Assembly (NCBI GenBank): GCA_031362565.1
Contig: JANLSU010000092.1
Coordinates: forward strand, 1 to 13,351
DNA from: a bacterium
Lineage (GTDB): Bacteria > Krumholzibacteriota > Krumholzibacteriia > G020349025
Direction: 5' to 3'
DNA: 13,351 nt
In this document: piece by piece, positions 6,895 through 13,351 of the stretch
Position numbering within the stretch: position 1 is the stretch's first letter
Layout: each line of letters begins with the position of its first letter
The notes under the pieces: model-generated
Databases searched by the model: none
Seen by the model: only the letters and a program-made list of their open reading frames with translations
What the model was told of the DNA's origin: nothing
Position numbers and translations under genes: made by a program

Positions 6895-6922
6895 CCACCC
6901 TGCACGCTCGTTGCACCGCCCG

Positions 6923-9232
6923 TCAAGCGGGAGTGCCGGGCTCCGGCGCCACCACCGGCCGATGCACCGGCAAGCGAATCGTGAACACACCGCCCCACGG
7001 CGGTTCCGAGGCCACCTGAATCATGCCGTTGTGTTCGACGACGATTTGATGCACGACGGCCATTCCGAGCCCGGTGCCCTCCTGCTTCGTGGTCGTGAAG
7101 GGCGCGAAGAGGGTCCGCGCCACTTCCGGTGGAATGGGGGTGCCGGTATTCGCGACCTCGAACTCCACCGCGTCTGGCACCGTTCGCGTCGTCACTTGCA
7201 CGATGCCGTTGGGCTGCACCGCCTCGAGCGCGTTCATCAGTAAATTGACCAGCACCTGTTTGACGCGATCGCCGTCCAACACCGCCTCCGGCAACGCCGG
7301 ATCGAGTTGCAATCGCAGCGTCGTGTGCCGCACCTCGAATTGATGCCGCAGCAGTGCCGTACTGTCGCGCACCAATTGGTTGAGGCCGATGGGTGCGAAC
7401 TGCAGGCGCGCACTGCGCACGAAAGCCAATTGGTCGTTCAGAATGCGCTCCAGCCGCGCCGTCTCGCGGACAATGATCTCGATGGCTTCGAAGTCGCTCG
7501 GGGCGACGTTCTTGCTCTTCAACACGCGGCGCGCGAAGCCGCCGAGGGCGGTCAGCGGATTGCGAATCTCGTGGGCGATTTTCGACGACGCCTCGCCAAG
7601 TGCCGCCAGCTTTTCGTTGCGATACAACAGCTCGTTCAATTGCTGGATTTGCCGCTGATCCTCGCGAATCGTCTGCAGCCGCCGCCCGGACAAGAGCGCG
7701 ATGGCGGCCTGGTCGGCGATGATCGACAGGAAGCGCTGGCTGTGGCGGTCGAAACGCACCGTGCGCTCCGGATCGGCGTTCGTATTGCGGTACACGACCA
7801 GCACGCCGACAGCCTCATTGTCGATCTGCATCGGCGCCGCGAGCAACGTCGCGACATTGTGTGGATCGCCCGCTGCATCCCGTCCCCCATCGCGAACCAG
7901 CACGCCGGCGTGCCGTTCGAGCGCTTCGCGCGCCAGGTCCGTGCAGCGATCGACGGCCGCATCCTGCAACGGCGGCCCGTCGGCCGTGTACTGCATGGCG
8001 AGCCGTGGCTCTGCCGCCGTGTTCTCGACGATGAACAGCAGCGTTCCCGTAGCGCGCAACATCGACGCCGAGATCTGGGCGATCTGATGCAGGACTTCGC
8101 CATATTCCATGCTCGAGAGCAGCGCCCGGTTGATGTATTGCACTTCCGACAGCTCGTCGTAGCGCCGGCTCACGTCCTCGAACATGAGCGCGTTCTCGAT
8201 CACCACCCCGACGTGGTTGGCGAGACCCGACAGCAAGAACGTGTTGTCCTTCTTGATTTCGGCGCCGCTGTACAAGTTGTCGGCGACGATCACACCCAGC
8301 GTCCGTTCGCGGCCCTGGATCGGAATCACGACGAAGGTCGGTGATCCGAAGGCGTCCGCGAAAGGATCCGGCCCCTCGTCGGCGTGATATTCGTGGATGT
8401 TGTACGTCCCGGTGGACGCCGTCGCGGCGCGGGCCAGCACGCTGGTCGCCGGATCGAGCGGTACCGAGAAGGTCCGGATGCGGTCGGCGAGCGAGCCGGG
8501 CTCGGGTTCGACATCCGGATCTTCGATGGCGCGCCGCAGTGTTTGGTCAAGCGTCGGGCGCTCTTGCTCGATCGAGTTCCAGATCGACGAGGCTTCCTCG
8601 CCCGACGACGGCCCGACGGCGACGACCCCGCGCAGCTCTCTTTGATCCTCGTCGAGAAGCAGCAAGAAAGCCCGGTTGAAGCCGATCGCTTCTCCCGAAG
8701 TGACGCACGTCAAGAACGCCCGCAATACCTTGCGGAGTTCGACCGACGAGAGAGTGACATCGAGCCCTTTGAAGAGCAGCGACAAGTCGGAAATGCGCCG
8801 CTCGAGCGCGGCGTTGGCGAGCTGGGCGCGCGCCAGCTCGAGCACGTCTTGCAAGCGGGCGACGAGCACGTGGCCCAAAGCGTTCAGGAGTTCTTGCCGT
8901 GCGGCGGTAGGTTCGCCGGGCGGCCCGCACGCCAGCACGACCTGCGTATGTTGCGGCAGCCAGAGCGTCAGAACGGCGGCATCCGGCGTCAGGCGCACGC
9001 TATAGCGTTCCGGCGGCGGCGTCTCGGTCGAGGCGAGCGGACCTGCAAACGATTCGGGGCTCGGATCGCCCCACGCCACGCGCAGTTCGCCGATCGCCGA
9101 ATCGCCGTGCCCCGCCGCCACGCACCAGCGCGCCTCGAGCGCGTCGCGCAAGCCTTCGGCCGCCACGCTCACCATGCGGGCGGGGTCGCGCTCCGAAGCC
9201 AGGCGCGCCAGGATGGTCGCCATGCGCGTCAT
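6923..9232 (-). CDS. Cytoplasmic multi-GAF sensor histidine kinase with an NtrB-like transmitter, 769 aa
   Basis: H box EKLAALGEASSKIAHEIRNPL, N box KQVLVNLLMNALEA, LFAPFTTTKQEGTGLGM. GAF signatures FVVIPIQGRERTLGVIVADN...LLSGLANHVGVVIENA and LLAAPMQIDNEAVGVLVV...FLSIIADQAAIAL. No obvious transmembrane helix. ATG abuts the galE stop (TGAATG). Confidence 0.92.
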   Translation of the reverse strand: MTRMATILARLASERDPARMVSVAAEGLRDALEARWCVAAGHGDSAIGELRVAWGDPSPESFAGPLASTETPPPERYSVRLTPDAAVLTLWLPQHTQVVLACGPPGEPTAARQELLNALGHVLVARLQDVLELARAQLANAALERRISDLSLLFKGLDVTLSSVELRKVLRAFLTCVTSGEAIGFNRAFLLLLDEDQRELRGVVAVGPSSGEEASSIWNSIEQERPTLDQTLRRAIEDPDVEPEPGSLADRIRTFSVPLDPATSVLARAATASTGTYNIHEYHADEGPDPFADAFGSPTFVVIPIQGRERTLGVIVADNLYSGAEIKKDNTFLLSGLANHVGVVIENALMFEDVSRRYDELSEVQYINRALLSSMEYGEVLHQIAQISASMLRATGTLLFIVENTAAEPRLAMQYTADGPPLQDAAVDRCTDLAREALERHAGVLVRDGGRDAAGDPHNVATLLAAPMQIDNEAVGVLVVYRNTNADPERTVRFDRHSQRFLSIIADQAAIALLSGRRLQTIREDQRQIQQLNELLYRNEKLAALGEASSKIAHEIRNPLTALGGFARRVLKSKNVAPSDFEAIEIIVRETARLERILNDQLAFVRSARLQFAPIGLNQLVRDSTALLRHQFEVRHTTLRLQLDPALPEAVLDGDRVKQVLVNLLMNALEAVQPNGIVQVTTRTVPDAVEFEVANTGTPIPPEVARTLFAPFTTTKQEGTGLGMAVVHQIVVEHNGMIQVASEPPWGGVFTIRLPVHRPVVAPEPGTPA

Positions 9233-10240
9233 TCAGCCACCGTTCGGCGTCTCATTCGATGCCGCCCTATCCCCGTACCCCGCCGGATGTGCCCGCATCC
9301 AGTCCCACGCGCTCCGCACCATGTCCTCGAGCGTTGCTTGCGCCTGCCAACCGAGTTCGCGCCGGGCGCGGCTCGCATCCGCGACCAGCCAGGCCGGATC
9401 TCCAGGGCGCCGGGCGCCGACTGTAACAGGGATCTCGCAGCCGGTCACGCGCCGGACGACAGCCAAGATTTGGCGCACGCTGTGCCCGGCCGTGGTGCCC
9501 AGATTGAGTGGCCCGGTGACGCCTTGGTCGAGCGCCGCGAGCGCCTGGACATGGGCGTGCGCCAAATCCTCGACGTGGACGTAGTCGCGCACGCACGTCC
9601 CGTCCGGGGTCGGCCAGTCGTCGCCGTAGACGACGAACGGCGCGCCACCCGTCAACGCCGTGCGCAAGAGGCGCGGAATCAGGTGCGTTTCGGGCCCGTG
9701 GTCCTCGCCGCGTTCGGCGCTCGCGCCGGCGGCGTTGAAGTAGCGCAGCGCGATGGCGCCGAGCGGCGTCGTGCGGCACGCATCTTCGAGCAGCATTTCG
9801 ATGCCGCGCTTCGAGCCGCCATAGGCGTGTTCAGGACGGAGCGGCGCCGATTCAGGGATGGGTTCATGCCCTTGCGTGCCGTACACCGCGGCGCTCGAGG
9901 AAAAAACCCAGCGTGGTACGCCGCGGGCCATCGCGACTCGGAGCAGTGCGAGCGCGCCGCCCAGATTGTGATCCCAGTAGCCGACCGGATCCTGCATCGA
10001 ATCGGGCACGATGCTGCGGCCTGCGAAGTGGAGGATGGCGTCGGTGCCGGGTTCGAGCGCGCCTTCGAGCGCTGCCGCATCTCGCAGGTCGCCCTGTACA
10101 AAGCGCGCCGCGCCTGGCACCGCGCCGCGATGTCCAGTGGACAGGTCGTCGAACACCACGACATCGTGACCGGCACGCAACAGGTGTTCAGTGACGACAC
10201 TGCCGACGTAGCCGGCGCCGCCCGTTACGAAGAGCCGCAC
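9233..10240 (-). CDS. galE: UDP-glucose 4-epimerase, 335 aa
   Basis: [11 protein letters not shown]ossmann motif, FSSSAAVYG, catalytic YGGSK, LRYFNAAGA, TPDGTCVRDYVHVEDLA, RRPGDP. Confidence 0.93.
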   Translation of the reverse strand: MRLFVTGGAGYVGSVVTEHLLRAGHDVVVFDDLSTGHRGAVPGAARFVQGDLRDAAALEGALEPGTDAILHFAGRSIVPDSMQDPVGYWDHNLGGALALLRVAMARGVPRWVFSSSAAVYGTQGHEPIPESAPLRPEHAYGGSKRGIEMLLEDACRTTPLGAIALRYFNAAGASAERGEDHGPETHLIPRLLRTALTGGAPFVVYGDDWPTPDGTCVRDYVHVEDLAHAHVQALAALDQGVTGPLNLGTTAGHSVRQILAVVRRVTGCEIPVTVGARRPGDPAWLVADASRARRELGWQAQATLEDMVRSAWDWMRAHPAGYGDRAASNETPNGG

Positions 10241-13047
10241 TCCGACCTCCCGCGTTCAGACAACGTGCGGCGCTCTTTGTGCGCCAGGAGGGCACGCCCG
10301 GTCCACGAGCGCGCCACCTTTTCGAGCCCAGGAGGCGGCCCCTCGTAGACAATTTCGCCGCCGCCCGCGCCGGCCTCCGGACCCAGATCGATGACCCAAT
10401 CGGCAGCCCGCACCACGTCGAGATGATGTTCGACGAGCAACACGGAGTGGCCCTTTTCGACCAGCTCTTGCAGGGTGCGCAACAGCCGCGCCACGTCGTC
10501 CAAGTGCAATCCGGTCGTTGGTTCGTCCATGAGATACAACAGATTGGCTTCGCCCTTCTGCGCCAGAGCGCGGGCGATCTTGAGCCGTTGCGATTCACCG
10601 CCCGACAGCGTTGGCGCCGGCTGGCCGAGCCGCAGGTAACCCAGGCCGGCGCGCTTGAGGGTGTACAACTTGTCGCCAAGCGCCGGCGCATCATGAAAGA
10701 ACGACATCGCCTCGTCGACCGTCATCTCGAGCACTTCGGCGACGTTGCGGCCCCGATAGCGCACCTCGAGCACGTTGGGTCCGAAGCGCTGGCCCTCGCA
10801 ATGGTCGCATTTCACGAAGACATCGGCCATGAAGTGCATTTCGATTTGGATGTAACCCATGCCCTCGCAGGCTTCGCAACGCCCGCCCGGCGTGTTGAAG
10901 CTGAAGGCGCTCGAGTCGAGGTGCCGCAGGCGCGCATCGGTCGTGGACGCGAACAGCGCGCGCACGTCGGCAAACGCCTTCATGTACGAGAGCGGGTTCG
11001 AGCGCGGGGTGCGGCCGATCGGCGACTGGTCCACCAGCACGACACCATGAACGAGATGCGCACCGCGCAGTTCATCGTAGCTGCCGAGGCCGCCGCGCGC
11101 TGCCGGCAGCCGGCCCTCGAGAGCGGGGTGCAGCACTTCACTCACCAGCGTGCTCTTGCCGGAACCGCTCACCCCGGTCACACAACACAACATGCCGAGC
11201 GGGAACCGCGCCGTGATGCCGCGCAGGTTGTGGCGCCGCACATTCACGAGTTCGAGCCAGCGCAGGCCGGGCCGGCGGCGAATCTCGGGTGCCGGGACTT
11301 CGGCGGCGCCGTTCATGTAAGCGAGCGTGCGGGACAAATCCAGCGAGCCAAGATCGGCGGGAACGGCGCCGGTCATGGCGTCGCGGCCGCCCGCGAACAC
11401 CACTTCACCGCCGCCGGCTCCGGCACCGGGGCCGAGGTCGATCAAGTAGTCGGCCGCGGCGATCACTTCGGGGTCGTGCTCGACCAGGACGACGCTGTTG
11501 CCCAAGTCGCGCAGTTGATAGAGTGAAGCGACCAACCGTTGCGTGTCGCGCCAGTGCATCCCGGCCGTGGGTTCGTCCAGCACGTAGAGCGCATCCACCA
11601 AACTCGCCCCCATCGAGTTCGCGAGGTTGATGCGTTGTGCTTCGCCGCCCGAGAGAGTGCGCGTCAGGCGGTCGAGAGTCAGATACTCGAGGCCGACATC
11701 GCACAAGAAAGCGAGACGCGCCCGCAATTCCGCCAGCACGTCGGCAGCTACCGCCCCCGCCTCGCCCGGCAGGACGAGCGTCGCGAGCGAGTCACGCAGT
11801 TCACTCAGCACCGCGGCCGACATCGCCCCGATGGTCCGGCCGCCGACCCGCACGAGGAGCGCCTCGGGACGCAGGCGCGAACCTTGGCAGGCACTGCACG
11901 TGTTCTCGTCCATGAAGCGGCGGGTGAAAAACCGCGCGTATTTCTTGTAGGACTTGGCTCGCAGCGCGTCCAGGAACGGCCGGACACCCTTCAGGCCCTT
12001 CGTTCCGTCGATGATCGTCCGCTGGACGTCCGGCGGCAGGTCACACCAACGGGCCCGGGTGGAGATCTTCTGGCGCACACACCAGTCTTCGAGTTTGTGT
12101 TGGTAGTACTCGAACTTGGGAGTCGCCCACGGCGCAACGGCACCTTCGGAGATGCTGCGCTCTGGGTCCGGAACGAAAAGACGCGGGTCGAATTCGAGCC
12201 GGTTGCCGAAACCGCGGCACTCCGGGCAAGCCCCGAGCGGATTATTGAACGAGAACAGGCTCGGCTCGAGCGCGGGCAGTTCGATGCGGCATTTGGGGCA
12301 CATGCGGCGCGACGTCAGTTCGACGCGCGTCCCGGCCGTGACGTCGAGCACGGTGGCGAATCCGTCGCCGCCGCGCAATGCGACTTCGAGCCCTTCCGCG
12401 AGCCGCGCCCGGGCATCGGCACGTGCCACGATACGATCTGCCACGACTTCGACCTGCGTGATGCCGGCATCGAGTGTCGCAGTGTCCAGGTCGACGGTTG
12501 CGCCGTTCATCCAAAGGCGGGTGAATCCGGCGGTGCGGAGCGGCGCGAACACCGCGTCCGGATCGCCGGCATCGCGTACCGCGACGGGAAACAGGACGAC
12601 GAGCTTGGCGCCATCGGCAACGGATTCGAGGACCCGCACCGCACCGGCGGACGGCGTATCGGGCCGCACCGGATCGCCACATCCCGGGCAATGCAGCACG
12701 CCGGCGCGCGCGAACAGGAGCCGCAGGTAGTCGTTGACCTCGGTTGCGGTTCCCACGGTGCTGCGGGCGCTCTTGGCCTGATTCTGTTGGCGGATGGCGA
12801 TCGCCGGGCTGATGCCGGTGATCTCGTCGACGTCGGGCTTTTCCATCCGCTCGAGAAACTGTTTGGTGTACGTCGACAGCGATTCGACGTAACGCCGCTG
12901 GCCCTCGGCGTACAAGGTGTCGAAAACGAGGGAGCTCTTGCCCGAGCCACTCACGCCGCTCACCACAACGACCGCCCGGCGCGGGATGTTCAGGTCGAGG
13001 TTCTTCAGGTTGTGCTGGCGCGCGCCGCGGATGCCGATGAACTGCAC
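10225..13047 (-). CDS. uvrA: Excinuclease ABC subunit A, ~940 aa
   Basis: GARQHNLKN, two Walker A motifs GVSGSGKS, two LSGGE signatures, two DEPT Walker B motifs, several CxxC pairs, and FSFNxPxGxCxxCxG in both halves. GTG at 13047 chosen because UvrA homology begins there and a G-rich RBS precedes it. Confidence 0.95.
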   Translation of the reverse strand: MQFIGIRGARQHNLKNLDLNIPRRAVVVVSGVSGSGKSSLVFDTLYAEGQRRYVESLSTYTKQFLERMEKPDVDEITGISPAIAIRQQNQAKSARSTVGTATEVNDYLRLLFARAGVLHCPGCGDPVRPDTPSAGAVRVLESVADGAKLVVLFPVAVRDAGDPDAVFAPLRTAGFTRLWMNGATVDLDTATLDAGITQVEVVADRIVARADARARLAEGLEVALRGGDGFATVLDVTAGTRVELTSRRMCPKCRIELPALEPSLFSFNNPLGACPECRGFGNRLEFDPRLFVPDPERSISEGAVAPWATPKFEYYQHKLEDWCVRQKISTRARWCDLPPDVQRTIIDGTKGLKGVRPFLDALRAKSYKKYARFFTRRFMDENTCSACQGSRLRPEALLVRVGGRTIGAMSAAVLSELRDSLATLVLPGEAGAVAADVLAELRARLAFLCDVGLEYLTLDRLTRTLSGGEAQRINLANSMGASLVDALYVLDEPTAGMHWRDTQRLVASLYQLRDLGNSVVLVEHDPEVIAAADYLIDLGPGAGAGGGEVVFAGGRDAMTGAVPADLGSLDLSRTLAYMNGAAEVPAPEIRRRPGLRWLELVNVRRHNLRGITARFPLGMLCCVTGVSGSGKSTLVSEVLHPALEGRLPAARGGLGSYDELRGAHLVHGVVLVDQSPIGRTPRSNPLSYMKAFADVRALFASTTDARLRHLDSSAFSFNTPGGRCEACEGMGYIQIEMHFMADVFVKCDHCEGQRFGPNVLEVRYRGRNVAEVLEMTVDEAMSFFHDAPALGDKLYTLKRAGLGYLRLGQPAPTLSGGESQRLKIARALAQKGEANLLYLMDEPTTGLHLDDVARLLRTLQELVEKGHSVLLVEHHLDVVRAADWVIDLGPEAGAGGGEIVYEGPPPGLEKVARSWTGRALLAHKERRTLSERGRSECGSS

Positions 13048-13135
13048 GAATCCCCCCCCGCCAGCCCAAGAGATTGCCAGGGCACTCCGACGGGCGTCCG
13101 CAGGACGGACGTGGAGCAGCAAGGCGCAACAAATG

Positions 13136-13164
13136 AGGATACGGCGCGGTACTCGGAGTGTCAA
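13136..13164 (-). promoter_or_regulatory. Sigma70-type promoter upstream of uvrA
   Basis: TTGACA (13164-13159), 17-nt spacer, TATCCT (13141-13136); implies a leader of about 80 nt. Confidence 0.8.
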
Positions 13165-13201
13165 CGCGCGGGAGTGCGCTGGCTTGCGCGGCGACGCGCG
13201 T

Positions 13202-13228
13202 GGGGGTCTTCGGAAGTGTGGGACCCCC
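13202..13228. repeat. GC-rich hairpin GGGGGTC-N13-GACCCCC
   Basis: 13202-13208 pairs with 13222-13228; lies between the transposase-like stop and the uvrA promoter. Confidence 0.55.
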
Positions 13229-13268
13229 GCCGGCTACCTAGAAACTCCCCCCGCGGGGTGGGGTTCTT

Positions 13269-13351
13269 TCAAGCGGCCTCCTGGATCGTGACTTCGTAGC
13301 CGAGATCGCGGAGTCTGCGTGTGAGGTGCTGGGCGATCCGGGTTCGATCAC
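13269..13351 (-). mobile_element. 3' end of a probable IS110-family transposase/recombinase gene (partial, runs off the window)
   Basis: Minus strand translates DRTRIAQHLTRRLRDLGYEVTIQEAA* (TGA at 13271-13269), which resembles the R-L-x-x-L-G-Y-x-V-T-L-x-x-A-A C-terminus I recall from one IS110 subgroup. Not in the supplied ORF track; only 26 residues are visible. Confidence 0.65.

Noticed and set aside
6856..6900. GGCAAAC...GGGCGC stem reminiscent of a c-di-GMP-I (GEMM-I) riboswitch P2 arm
   Set aside because: It is on the strand opposite the genes, lacks the GNRA loop and the following GCAAAG and P3 elements; a simple hairpin explains it.
6900..6915. Plus-strand sigma54-like site CTGCACGCTCGTTGCA
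   Set aside because: It has TG instead of the invariant GG at -25/-24 and points antisense into a kinase gene; retained only as a possible enhancer dyad.
6733..6990. Longer 213-aa version of the small hypothetical ORF
   Set aside because: The extension overlaps the kinase end, a hairpin and the sigma54 motif, and is Arg/Gly-rich; the RBS supports 6732 or 6726.
9233..10240. Assigning GalE as a UDP-GlcNAc 4-epimerase because glmM and glmS are nearby
   Set aside because: The residue aligning by eye with the E. coli Tyr299 gatekeeper is Leu (GDPAWLVAD), which occurs in both narrow- and broad-specificity enzymes, so the sequence cannot decide.
13048..13164. 39-residue N-terminal extension of UvrA from a TTG start at 13164
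   Set aside because: That TTG is the start of the TTGACA -35 box; the extension spans the promoter and leader and has no UvrA similarity.

Overview
GC-rich bacterial chromosomal window in which every credible gene lies on the minus strand. Reading from the right end: the last 26 codons of a probable IS110-family transposase; a near-consensus sigma70 promoter; a uvrA-galE-multi-GAF histidine kinase unit; two successive sigma54-type (-24/-12) promoters, one ahead of a small hypothetical gene and one ahead of an operon encoding a sensor-less histidine kinase, a single-domain receiver and a REC-GGDDF cyclase; a second sigma70 promoter ahead of tRNA-Phe(GAA), tRNA-Thr(CGT), glmM and glmS; and a structured, inverted-repeat-bounded element rich in tandem GA pairs at the left edge. 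The most notable items are the putative sigma54-controlled, all-cytoplasmic signalling cascade (3696-9232), the structured element at 1-130, and the IS110-like end next to the uvrA promoter. All calls come from reading motifs by eye; no searches were run.
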